Shown in pieces: positions 19,575 to 28,230 of a DNA stretch of 64,000 nt; the first letter of the stretch is position 1; the number at the start of each line of letters is the position of its first letter. The stretch covers positions 518,518 to 582,517 of the forward strand of contig CAZNDZ010000001.1 of assembly GCA_964572155.1 (NCBI GenBank). The letters are read 5' to 3'. Below the pieces are notes generated by a model that saw nothing but the letters and a program-made list of their open reading frames with translations, did no database searches and had not been told where the DNA came from. This stretch comes from an uncultured Planctomycetales bacterium (lineage in GTDB: Bacteria; Omnitrophota; Gorgyraeia; Zapsychrales; Fredricksoniimonadaceae). Both the position numbers and the translations under genes were made by a program.

Positions 19575-22500
19575 ATGGTTCGAAAGCTGTTTTCCCTAAT
19601 ACTATGTGTGCTTTTAATGCAAAGTCCGCAACTCCATGCAGATCAGCTGGTCCTTCCTGCCGGTCAGGCAGGTTTACCGCTGCCTGGAACCATGGTGCAT
19701 TTAAGTCCTTCGGTCAATCCTCCAATCCTTAAAGGTATGAAGGTTTTTAAGGATAATCCGTTCCGTTTTGATTTTATTATGGAACATGGCCAAGACAATG
19801 TTCAAGCCAATACCTTGGTTAAATATTTCTTAGCTGCTTTAACCACACCCGAACAAGACATGTGGGTTAATTTAAGTCCCTATGAAAAAGATCGCATTGT
19901 GCCAGACGGTTTTGGTCAAACTCAAATGGGTCGCGACCTTTTGGCGCAAGATTACATCTTAAAACAAATCACCGCGTCGCTGATTTATCCTGAAGATGCT
20001 GTAGGTAAAGAATTCTGGCGCCGTGTATATGCCACAAGCGCGAATAAGAATATCCCAATCAATACATTTAATAAAGTTTGGATTGTCCCCAATAAGGCTG
20101 TAGTTTACGAGAATGCTAAAGCAGGTACAGCCTATGTTGTTGAATCCTCGCTTAAAGTTTTAACAGAACAAGATTACTTAGCCAATCAACGTAATAAGTC
20201 TGAAGAAAACAATAATCAAATCATCAAAGATGTGGTCATTCCACAATTAACCAAAGAAATCAACGAAGGCGCCAATTTTGCCCAATTGCGTCAAGTCTAC
20301 AATGCCTTGATCTTAGCAACATGGTATAAGAAGAAAATCAAAAACAGCATCCTATCCAAAGTTTATGCTGATCAAAATCGGATAGCCGGCGTCAATATAG
20401 ATGATCCAGAAGAAAAACAAAAGATCTACGCACGTTACTTAGAAGCATTTAAAAAAGGCGCGTATAACTATATTAAAGAAGACACAGACACGCTTGGCGT
20501 GTCTGGACCTAGAAAGTATTTTTCTGGCGGTATGAAGATGGATATGACGATGATGCAAGTTGTTAATAATGCTCAAGTTAAACCCCTCGATCAAGCCATG
20601 GTAATTAAGGTAAAGCTAGAAGTGGCTTCTTTATTGATGAGAGTTGCTTTGGGTTTAAGTGAACAAGAGATGAGTTTTGTTAATTATATCAAATCGCTAG
20701 ATCTAAAAAATGGCAGTGACATCTTGGCTATTGGGGCAACACCAGAAAAAGAATTTCGATATGGCAAGCAACAGGTGCGTGTCGAGTTATTATTTGCTGC
20801 GCTCGATCATCATGTGACGTTATTTCAGCCATATTGGAATGCATGGGATACGGTGCTGGATCAATCTCCTTGGAAGAAGGTTAGAAAGATCGATTATTTC
20901 AAAGAAAAGTTTACCAGCGAGAGCAAAATCGCAAAACGTTCTCAAGATGTTGTTGTCATGATGGCGGTAATGTCGGCATTTACAACAAGCATTCCTTATG
21001 AGAAAAAGCTCGACCTGATGCAAGCCGCGTTGGATGCGTTAAAAGACGATGGTTATTTGATGTTGGGTTGGTACAACTGGGGTACATATCAAAATGGTGA
21101 TATTTCAGGAGAACGAGAAGAGTTTGATAGAACAAATCGAGTGATTGAGGCATTTAAACAAAAAGGCTATGTTTTTAATTTAGATAAAGAAGGTAGCAAT
21201 ACGGCGCATCGATGGCATGTGTATAAAGTAACAAAACCCGATTCAGCCATGGCAACACCTGCAGAAGAGGCGGCTAAGAAGCGTCAGCAGGAAATGGAAG
21301 AGATGGCGGTGAAGGTAGCGACAGAGATGCGAGATGAATGGGGCGCATATCTGCGTAAGAAGAATGATTCCAATTTGAACTATCGCATTGAGAAAGCCTT
21401 GATTGATCCTGTCAAAGGCATCGTTTCGAATTATCTATTAAAGAAAATAGGGCGTCCTCAAGCGATCAGAGAATTGTATGATTTAGGTATTAATAGGCGA
21501 TTATCAAATTCTATGTTGGATTGGGCTGGGAATTTATTTTATCGTGCCATTGATGTTCAAAATAAAACGCTAACGTTACAGGAACAGGTTGTACCATTCA
21601 CATTTGATCAAATGGGTTTAGGGATTAATAAAACAGAGGCAAGGGCTATAACGGCCGTTTATACCGAATATTTAAATTTAAGTGAAGGTCAAAGTGTTGA
21701 GGTGGAGCGATATTTAGTAGGTGATAGGGATTGGCCTTATTATGATTTAAATGAACAGAAGTTATTAGATTCCATATGGATGGATGTGAAGTATAAAATG
21801 TCTGACGATGCATTTGGAGAATTCTATAAAAAAGAAATGATAACAGATATCAAAAAGCCAGAGACCGTGGCTTTTCTTAAGGCACAAGGATATTCTGATA
21901 AACAAATTAACGAGATGGCCAAAGATGCAGGCGTCTTATGGAAGCGTTGGGAATTAATTGCGGCGGAAAGTAAAGAAAAGGATAGAGCGCAAGTGGCGCA
22001 AGATTGGTTAAAACGTTTAGATGGCATGGTGTTTGAGGGGAAGAATGGCAAAAAGTATCAGATGATTAATAGTCATTCGGCCTTATACCCCGAGGAGTAT
22101 TTTATTTTGAATGAAATGGATGCGGATAACAACATCGTCCAACATAATGCAGGGTATTTTAATATCACCATCAAGGATCAGCTGATTATCCTTCATGGTT
22201 TTGCGATGCACCGCATTGAAGATCGTAAGCAATCTATTTTAAGTCAGATATTACAAATATTCCCCCAAGGGTATGACATTGAGTTTGAAGATATGACCAA
22301 TCTTCCGACGTTGAGAGATATGTTGCAGGGGATGTTGAATCAAAATTTTGAAGGCAAATTGAAGCAACGTTTAGAATTGTATGCATCGCAAAGTCCTTTG
22401 CTTTCTGAGAAATCGCTCGATGACGTCGTGATGTCCAAAGAAGAACATCAGGCATTGATGAAATTGTTGGTTGATTATCGCGATTTATCAAAACAGCCAA

Positions 22501-22889
22501 AAGCAAACTTGAAAAGCCTTGAAACAATTGCCATGGAAGGTTTCTCTGGAAAAATTCTCGGTGGTGGAGGCATAAATAGCCCAGTTCGCATAGAATTCAA
22601 AAAAATCAATGACCTTGATGTTGTAAGCCTTTATGTGAAACGTACTAAAGATTCAGCCCAACAGGTTGAAACGCCACTACAACGCGGGGGTATTGATTTT
22701 AATGCGGATAAGATGCAATTAGAGGCGCAGCATGATGATGGGGGCATTGATTTTCAACTGGATCCGGCTCAAATAAAGCAATTTCAGGATGTTGAAGGGT
22801 TTACACCCAATATTTTAAGCATGCAACCCATTCCTGCTGGCCAAGATGGCATCAATGTGGTTAAGACGTTCTTAGGGATGACCCTTTAA
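19575..22889 (+). CDS. Giant secreted protein, paralog 1 (unrecognised family)
   Basis: Signal peptide 'MVRKLFSLILCVLLMQSPQLHA'. The N-terminal module from about nt 19650 to 20520 is paralogous to the N-terminus of the 40556 gene. The C-terminal roughly 65 aa, with 'GGIDF' twice and 'DPAQIKQFQDVEGFTPNIL', is paralogous to that gene's C-terminus. Start chosen at ATG 19575 because the conserved upstream element ends there. Confidence 0.8.
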   Translation: MVRKLFSLILCVLLMQSPQLHADQLVLPAGQAGLPLPGTMVHLSPSVNPPILKGMKVFKDNPFRFDFIMEHGQDNVQANTLVKYFLAALTTPEQDMWVNLSPYEKDRIVPDGFGQTQMGRDLLAQDYILKQITASLIYPEDAVGKEFWRRVYATSANKNIPINTFNKVWIVPNKAVVYENAKAGTAYVVESSLKVLTEQDYLANQRNKSEENNNQIIKDVVIPQLTKEINEGANFAQLRQVYNALILATWYKKKIKNSILSKVYADQNRIAGVNIDDPEEKQKIYARYLEAFKKGAYNYIKEDTDTLGVSGPRKYFSGGMKMDMTMMQVVNNAQVKPLDQAMVIKVKLEVASLLMRVALGLSEQEMSFVNYIKSLDLKNGSDILAIGATPEKEFRYGKQQVRVELLFAALDHHVTLFQPYWNAWDTVLDQSPWKKVRKIDYFKEKFTSESKIAKRSQDVVVMMAVMSAFTTSIPYEKKLDLMQAALDALKDDGYLMLGWYNWGTYQNGDISGEREEFDRTNRVIEAFKQKGYVFNLDKEGSNTAHRWHVYKVTKPDSAMATPAEEAAKKRQQEMEEMAVKVATEMRDEWGAYLRKKNDSNLNYRIEKALIDPVKGIVSNYLLKKIGRPQAIRELYDLGINRRLSNSMLDWAGNLFYRAIDVQNKTLTLQEQVVPFTFDQMGLGINKTEARAITAVYTEYLNLSEGQSVEVERYLVGDRDWPYYDLNEQKLLDSIWMDVKYKMSDDAFGEFYKKEMITDIKKPETVAFLKAQGYSDKQINEMAKDAGVLWKRWELIAAESKEKDRAQVAQDWLKRLDGMVFEGKNGKKYQMINSHSALYPEEYFILNEMDADNNIVQHNAGYFNITIKDQLIILHGFAMHRIEDRKQSILSQILQIFPQGYDIEFEDMTNLPTLRDMLQGMLNQNFEGKLKQRLELYASQSPLLSEKSLDDVVMSKEEHQALMKLLVDYRDLSKQPKANLKSLETIAMEGFSGKILGGGGINSPVRIEFKKINDLDVVSLYVKRTKDSAQQVETPLQRGGIDFNADKMQLEAQHDDGGIDFQLDPAQIKQFQDVEGFTPNILSMQPIPAGQDGINVVKTFLGMTL

Positions 22890-22921
22890 GAATATGCCTT
22901 TACAATTCAAGCCTTAATATA

Positions 22922-22927
22922 TATAAT
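22922..22927 (+). promoter_or_regulatory. Candidate -10 element (TATAAT) upstream of hisG
   Basis: Exact TATAAT 56 nt upstream of the hisG ATG. No convincing -35 box. Confidence 0.3.
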
Positions 22928-22954
22928 GCGCGCTACTAAAAACTTTGATTGGGA

Positions 22955-22974
22955 CCTGCCTGCCGGCAGGCAGG
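22955..22974. repeat. Perfect 20-bp palindrome CCTGCCTGCCGGCAGGCAGG in the hisG 5' region
   Basis: Read directly from the sequence; it is its own reverse complement. It lies 10 nt upstream of the hisG ATG. Related 17-mers, CCTGCCGGTCAGGCAGG, occur at 19656-19672 and 40643-40659. Confidence 0.9.
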
Positions 22975-22983
22975 ATAAAGAAT

Positions 22984-23871
22984 ATGTCTAACACGAAAAC
23001 AAAATTAAAATTAGGTTTACCAAAGGGAAGCTTGCAAGATGCCACCGTAGCCCTGTTTGAAAAAGCAGGTTTTAAAGTGGTTGTTTCTTCCCGTTCATAC
23101 TTTCCACAAATTGATGACGTGGAAATCGAACCTGTATTGTTACGCGCCCAAGAAATGTCTCGCTACGTCGAGGATGAGACTTTGGACTGCGGTATTACAG
23201 GCAATGATTGGATCCTAGAAAATCATTCTGATGTTGTGCGTTTAAGTGAACTCATGTATTCAAAGGCCACAACCAATAAAGTCCGTTGGGTCTTGGCTGT
23301 TCCTGAAAGCTCTTCGATCAAATCTGTCAAAGATTTGCAAGGCAAGAAAATAGCGACGGAAGTTGTCAATGTTGCCAAACAATATTTAGCCAAACATAAA
23401 GTGAAAGCAGATGTGGAATTCTCTTGGGGTGCAACTGAAGCGAAAGTTGCTTCTGGTTTGGTTGATGCGATTGTGGAATTAACCGAAACAGGATCGTCGC
23501 TGCGTGCCAATAAATTGCGCATCGTAGACACCTTGTGTGAATCAACCACCCAATTTATCGCCAATAAAAAAGCGGCGAAAGATCCTTGGAAAGCCAAGAA
23601 GATGGAACAAGTGATCATGTTGTTACATGGTGCGTTGGCTGCGAACAATATGGTTGGTTTGAAGATGAATGTCGCCGAGAAGAATTTAAACAGTGTTTTA
23701 AAGACGCTGACAGCATTACGCAATCCAACCATTGCTCCTTTAACCAAAGAAGGTTGGGTGGCGTTGGAAACTGTGATTGATGAAGGTACGGTGCGTCAGA
23801 TTATCCCTGCATTGAAAGACGCTGGGGCTGAAGGCATCATTGAATATTCACTAAATAAGTTAATTTACTAA
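22984..23871 (+). CDS. hisG: ATP phosphoribosyltransferase, long form (HisG)
   Basis: '[11 protein letters not shown]', '[31 protein letters not shown]' and the C-terminal regulatory domain. Start set at ATG 22984 ('[17 protein letters not shown]'). Confidence 0.85.
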   Translation: MSNTKTKLKLGLPKGSLQDATVALFEKAGFKVVVSSRSYFPQIDDVEIEPVLLRAQEMSRYVEDETLDCGITGNDWILENHSDVVRLSELMYSKATTNKVRWVLAVPESSSIKSVKDLQGKKIATEVVNVAKQYLAKHKVKADVEFSWGATEAKVASGLVDAIVELTETGSSLRANKLRIVDTLCESTTQFIANKKAAKDPWKAKKMEQVIMLLHGALAANNMVGLKMNVAEKNLNSVLKTLTALRNPTIAPLTKEGWVALETVIDEGTVRQIIPALKDAGAEGIIEYSLNKLIY

Positions 23872-23884
23872 AGAAAGGGTTCAA

Positions 23885-23986
23885 ATGCCTTGCGGTAAGA
23901 AAAGAAAGCGCATTAAGATCCGTACGCACAAGCGTAAGAAATTACGTAAAGCGTTACGCCATCTCAAGAAACGCGCCACACGCTAA
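23885..23986 (+). CDS. Tiny highly basic protein (33 aa: MPCGKKRKRIKIRTHKRKKLRKALRHLKKRATR), possibly a bS22-like small ribosomal protein
   Basis: An ATG preceded by AAGGG. Twenty of 33 residues are K/R. The pattern 'KKRKR ... HKRKKLRK' resembles tiny ribosomal proteins of the bS22/mS38 type. A terminator-like hairpin follows. Confidence 0.35.
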   Translation: MPCGKKRKRIKIRTHKRKKLRKALRHLKKRATR

Positions 23987-23997
23987 AATCTAGCTTA

Positions 23998-24040
23998 GTC
24001 CGTCGTGGTTTTAGGATAATGTCCTTTGATCACGACGGAC
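23998..24040 (+). terminator. Stem-loop (10-bp stem GTCCGTCGTG/CACGACGGAC, 23-nt loop), putative terminator of the hisG-small-ORF transcript
   Basis: Perfect inverted repeat read from the sequence, followed by a T-rich stretch 'CCCGTTTATTTA'. Confidence 0.4.
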
Positions 24041-24064
24041 AACCCGTTTATTTAAGGGATAAAG

Positions 24065-25045
24065 ATGTTTAAAATTGTTGTTTCAGTCATGGCTTTTGCA
24101 TATGCCTGTGCGCTTAGCTTGTATGCGGGTGATGAATACAAGGAAACGCAATCCAAGGCATTGGCGCATTTTATCATGGCTGAGATTCATGATTTTAATG
24201 GCAATAGCTCCCAAGCTATCGCGGAATATGAACGTTCTGCGTCCATTGATAAGAATCAACCCCTGCCACATTTACGTTTGGCATCCTATTATGCCCGTCT
24301 AGGATTGCTTGAAAAAGCCCAAGAACAATTAAGAGCAGTCACAAGTGTTGATCCCAATAACCCCCAAGCCCATTATTTATTAGCCTTGGTTTATTCGACA
24401 CAAAAAAAGTTTGATCTAGCCGCTAAAGAATATGAAAAGATTCTAAGCCAAAAGATAGACAATTCCCCTGAGAATTTAGAAATCCACACCAATTTAGCGC
24501 AGTTGTATTTCTCACAGAATAAATTTGCCAAAGCCATTGAGGAGTTTCAACAAATTGTTTTGCAAGAACCTGAAAACATTTCCGCGTTGTATTTGATGGG
24601 CTCATCGTATTTAGAAATCAATGATCCTGCGAATGCCAAAGAGCAATTTAGAAAAGTGTTGAAGTTAGAACCGAATAATGATCAAGCGCTTAATTCTTTG
24701 GCGTATGTGTATGCATTATTAGGTGAAAATTTAGATGATGCTTTGGCTATGGCTAAAAAAGCCATTGATATCGATGGGAGCAATGGCGCTTATTATGATA
24801 CGCTAGGTTGGGTCTTGCATAAAAAGGGCATGCATGCCGATAGTTTGATCGCATTACAAAAAGCTGAAGTTTACATTCAAGATCCTGAATTATATGACCA
24901 CATGGGCGATGTTTATAAAACAGTTGCGCAATATCCATTGGCTAGAAAATATTGGCGAAAATCATTAGATTTAGATCCGCAACAACCTCATGTGCAAGAA
25001 AAGCTAAACGGTTTAGAAAAAATCCAAGCGCTCAAAGAGCAATAA
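24065..25045 (+). CDS. Secreted TPR-repeat protein
   Basis: Signal peptide followed by several 34-aa TPR units ('AHYLLALVYSTQKKFDLAAKEYEKIL', 'ALNSLAYVYALLGENLDDALAMAKKAIDID'). Confidence 0.7.
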   Translation: MFKIVVSVMAFAYACALSLYAGDEYKETQSKALAHFIMAEIHDFNGNSSQAIAEYERSASIDKNQPLPHLRLASYYARLGLLEKAQEQLRAVTSVDPNNPQAHYLLALVYSTQKKFDLAAKEYEKILSQKIDNSPENLEIHTNLAQLYFSQNKFAKAIEEFQQIVLQEPENISALYLMGSSYLEINDPANAKEQFRKVLKLEPNNDQALNSLAYVYALLGENLDDALAMAKKAIDIDGSNGAYYDTLGWVLHKKGMHADSLIALQKAEVYIQDPELYDHMGDVYKTVAQYPLARKYWRKSLDLDPQQPHVQEKLNGLEKIQALKEQ

Positions 25046-25049
25046 TCCC

Positions 25050-25910
25050 ATGATGCGTTTGACGTTAAAATCCCCAGCCAAATTAAATTTAGTCCTTGAT
25101 GTTTTAGGTAAACGCCCAGATGGCTTTCATGAATTGCGCACCATCTTTGAACGCATTGATTTATCTGACACTATCATTTTAACCAAGCGCACTGATGCAA
25201 AGATTAAAGTTATCTGCACGCACCCGCATGTACCCAAAAGCCCAAAGAATCTGGTTGTAAAAGTTGCACAAAAGTTACAGTCAGATTTTGGGATTAAAAC
25301 AGGGGTAACGATTGAAATCAAGAAGCATATACCTGTGGCCGCAGGTTTAGCTGGAGGTTCAAGCAACGGGGCAACGGTTTTGATGGGCCTAAACCGCTTG
25401 TGGGATTTGAAGTTATCGCAAAAACAATTGCTAGATTATGCGGCCGCCATTGGCTCGGATGTGTCATTTTTTATCTACAATACACCCTATGCCCTAGGCA
25501 CAGGGCGCGGTGAGCAAATCAAGGTGCTTCCCATACGTACAAAATTATGGCATGTACTTGTTACCCCTAAGGTTAAGATGCTAACCCGCGATGTCTTTGG
25601 GGTAGGTAAAAACAGTTTGACATCAATTAAGGATAATGTTAATATTTTGCTTCCCTTTTTGAGGGTAAATAAGCTTGACCAGATTGGGCCTGCTTTGTCC
25701 AATAGTCTGGAGCCGGCCATTTTGTCTTTGAGGCCAGATTTTGCAGTTTTAAAAGCGAAATTATCAAACACCGGTGCTGTTGGTGTCTGTTTTTCAGGAA
25801 GCGGTCCGTCGGTGTATGCCCTTGCGCGCTCACGTCAGCATGCAGCGCAAATCAAGGCAAAGTTTGACCGTCGTTTCGCTCAAGTATATGTGGTTGCAAC
25901 ATTGATGTAA
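25050..25910 (+). CDS. ispE: 4-diphosphocytidyl-2-C-methyl-D-erythritol kinase (IspE)
   Basis: 'PAKLNLVLDVLGKRPDGFHEL' and the GHMP ATP-binding motif 'PVAAGLAGGSSNGA'. Confidence 0.8.
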   Translation: MMRLTLKSPAKLNLVLDVLGKRPDGFHELRTIFERIDLSDTIILTKRTDAKIKVICTHPHVPKSPKNLVVKVAQKLQSDFGIKTGVTIEIKKHIPVAAGLAGGSSNGATVLMGLNRLWDLKLSQKQLLDYAAAIGSDVSFFIYNTPYALGTGRGEQIKVLPIRTKLWHVLVTPKVKMLTRDVFGVGKNSLTSIKDNVNILLPFLRVNKLDQIGPALSNSLEPAILSLRPDFAVLKAKLSNTGAVGVCFSGSGPSVYALARSRQHAAQIKAKFDRRFAQVYVVATLM

Positions 25911-25915
25911 TTTAC

Positions 25916-25986
25916 TGCCCGGTGGTGTAAAGGTAGCACCCGAGAATTTGGATCTCGTTGTCAAGGTTCGAATCCTTGCTGGGCAA
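25916..25986 (+). tRNA. tRNA-Gln (anticodon TTG)
   Basis: Acceptor stem TGCCCGG/CTGGGCA. Anticodon stem CGAGA/TCTCG with loop ATTTGGA, so the anticodon is UUG. T-arm AAGGTTCGAATCCTT (GTTCGAATC). Confidence 0.8.
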
Positions 25987-26018
25987 TTTTAATTGCACAA
26001 TTTATTTGATAAGGGGTT

Positions 26019-27260
26019 ATGCCAGAAACGCGTGCCATCATTTTAGCAGCAGGCAAGGGAACAAGGCTTAAAAGCGAGCTCCCAAAAGTGTTGCATCACG
26101 TGTGCGGTAAACCAGTTTTAAGTTACATTGTTGATCTAGTCCGTTCTTTGAAAACATATGTTGTGGTTGGGTATGGCGCCCCTCAAGTGAAGGACACCAT
26201 TGGCTCAAGCGTTACCTACGTAACCCAAGACAAGTTGTTGGGTACAGGTGACGCTGTCCGTCGGGTGGAAGGGTTGCTAAAAGGGTTTTCTGGTAATGTG
26301 ATCGTCTTGTGTGGCGACACCCCGTTGCTCGAAAAATCTGTTGTATCACGTGTGATGGCGGTGCATCAAAAGAGCAATGCGAGCGCAACCATTTTGAGTG
26401 CGCGCGTCGACAATCCCCATGGCTATGGCCGCATGATGCGTGACCATAACGGCGATGTCGTCGGGATTAAAGAACAAAAAGATTTGGAAGCAGATGAGCA
26501 AAAGATCAATGAAATCAATGTCGGGGTTTATGGATTTAAAGCGAAAGATTTATTTGAAGCATTGCGTGGGATCAAGTTAAATGCGAAGAAAAAAGAATAT
26601 TACTTAACCGATGTGATTGCGATCTTGATTGCGAAGGGAAAAAAGATTTCATCCGTAGTGAGCGATGATCAGAATGTTGCCTTTGGTATCAATACGCGTC
26701 AAGATGTGGCGCAGGCAGAAGGGATCATGCGCGCAAGAATTTTAGATCAATTGATGACCGCGGGTGTTGGCATCGTTGATCCGTTAACCACGTATGTGGA
26801 TGCGGGAGCCAAGATTGGTGCAGATACGATCATTTACCCGTGCAGTTTTATCGGCGCTGATGTGGTGATCGGAAGTCATTGTAAGATTGGCCCGTGTGCA
26901 AGGATTCGCCCAGGCACACGTATTGCGGATCATAGTGAGATTGGAAATTTTGCGGAAGTATCACGCTCGACCATTGGTCGTCGCGTCATGCAAAAACATT
27001 TTTCGTTTGTTGGTGATACAACAATCGGTGATGATAGCAATATTGGCGCAGGTGTAGTGACAGCTAATTATGATGGTAAGCATAAGAATAAGACCGTCAT
27101 TGGCTCGAGCGCATTTATCGGTTCCGATGCCATCATCGTTGCACCGGTTAAGATTGGGAAGAAAGCCATTGTGGGAGCAGGTAGTGTGGTACGCAAAGAT
27201 GTTAAAGAACGTAGCGTGGTCGTCGGGGTTCCGGCGCGTATGATTAAGGAAAACGCATGA
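26019..27260 (+). CDS. glmU: Bifunctional UDP-GlcNAc pyrophosphorylase / GlcN-1-P acetyltransferase (GlmU)
   Basis: 'AIILAAGKGTRLKS' nucleotidyltransferase motif plus C-terminal hexapeptide repeats. Confidence 0.85.
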   Translation: MPETRAIILAAGKGTRLKSELPKVLHHVCGKPVLSYIVDLVRSLKTYVVVGYGAPQVKDTIGSSVTYVTQDKLLGTGDAVRRVEGLLKGFSGNVIVLCGDTPLLEKSVVSRVMAVHQKSNASATILSARVDNPHGYGRMMRDHNGDVVGIKEQKDLEADEQKINEINVGVYGFKAKDLFEALRGIKLNAKKKEYYLTDVIAILIAKGKKISSVVSDDQNVAFGINTRQDVAQAEGIMRARILDQLMTAGVGIVDPLTTYVDAGAKIGADTIIYPCSFIGADVVIGSHCKIGPCARIRPGTRIADHSEIGNFAEVSRSTIGRRVMQKHFSFVGDTTIGDDSNIGAGVVTANYDGKHKNKTVIGSSAFIGSDAIIVAPVKIGKKAIVGAGSVVRKDVKERSVVVGVPARMIKENA

Positions 27261-28210
27261 ACAAACATATTGCCGTTTTAGGTGGTAACGCGAATCCCGC
27301 GTTGACAAAAGAAATTTGTGATTGTCTAAAGATCAAGCAAACCGAAGTCTTGGTTGGCCAGTTTAGCGAAGGCGAAATTCGCGTGCATGTGAAGGAAAAT
27401 ATCCGTGGTAAAGACGTGTTCATCGTCCAACCAACATGCCCGCCTGTTAATGACAATTTGATGGAGCTGTTGATTATGATTGACGCGGTGCGCCGTGCAT
27501 CAGCAGATCGTATCACGGCGGTATTGCCATATTATGGTTATGCCAGACAAGATCGTAAAGATCAACCACGCGTACCGATCACCGCGAAATTAGTCGCGAA
27601 TTTGATTGTTGCCGCTGGTGCAAATCGCGTGTTAACCATGGATTTGCATGCGAATCAGGTTCAAGGGTTTTTTGATATTCCCGTTGACCATTTATACGCA
27701 ATCAATGTTCTTTCTGAATATATTAAAGAGAAGCAACTTAAAGATATTGTCATTGTCTCTCCTGATGTGGGCGGTATTAAGATGGCACGTGCTTATGCCA
27801 AGCGTTTAGGCGCAGCGCTCGCCATCGTCGATAAGCGCCGCATGTCAGCAGAAAAGACAGAAGTCATGCACATCTTAGGTGATGTGAAAGATAAAAATGT
27901 TGTCATGATTGACGACATCATCGCAACCGCAAGTTCGCTCGTTGAAGCGGCCAATGCACTTAAAGGTTTTGGTGCTAAGGGCATTTATGCGGCAGCGTCG
28001 CATGGTGTTTTATCCGGACCTGCGAAAGAACGCATTGCCAATTGCAAAGATTTATTAGAAGTGATCGTAACAAATAGTATACCGTTGGCCAATCCACAAG
28101 ATTGTCCAAAAATTAAACAGTTGTCCGTCGCACCGCTGTTAGCTGAAGCGATCGCGCGTACGCACAATGAAGAATCAATCAGCAGTTTGTTTGAAGAGAT
28201 TCGAAATTAA
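27257..28210 (+). CDS. prs: Ribose-phosphate pyrophosphokinase (Prs)
   Basis: 'VVSPDVGG', 'DKRR' and 'MIDDIIATASSL' PRPP-binding loop. Confidence 0.9.
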   Translation: MNKHIAVLGGNANPALTKEICDCLKIKQTEVLVGQFSEGEIRVHVKENIRGKDVFIVQPTCPPVNDNLMELLIMIDAVRRASADRITAVLPYYGYARQDRKDQPRVPITAKLVANLIVAAGANRVLTMDLHANQVQGFFDIPVDHLYAINVLSEYIKEKQLKDIVIVSPDVGGIKMARAYAKRLGAALAIVDKRRMSAEKTEVMHILGDVKDKNVVMIDDIIATASSLVEAANALKGFGAKGIYAAASHGVLSGPAKERIANCKDLLEVIVTNSIPLANPQDCPKIKQLSVAPLLAEAIARTHNEESISSLFEEIRN

Positions 28211-28230
28211 ACAAAAAGGGTGGTAATCGT

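Noticed and set aside
22945-22983. N-terminal extension of hisG in the ORF track ('[13 protein letters not shown]'), which would place the palindrome inside coding sequence
   Set aside because: The HisG alignment begins at '[13 protein letters not shown]'. The extension is better explained as a 5' UTR carrying the palindrome and a -10 element.
24075-24302. 75-aa plus-strand ORF in an alternative frame of the TPR gene
   Set aside because: It is fully nested in the TPR protein ORF and its sequence is Arg/Cys-rich nonsense.
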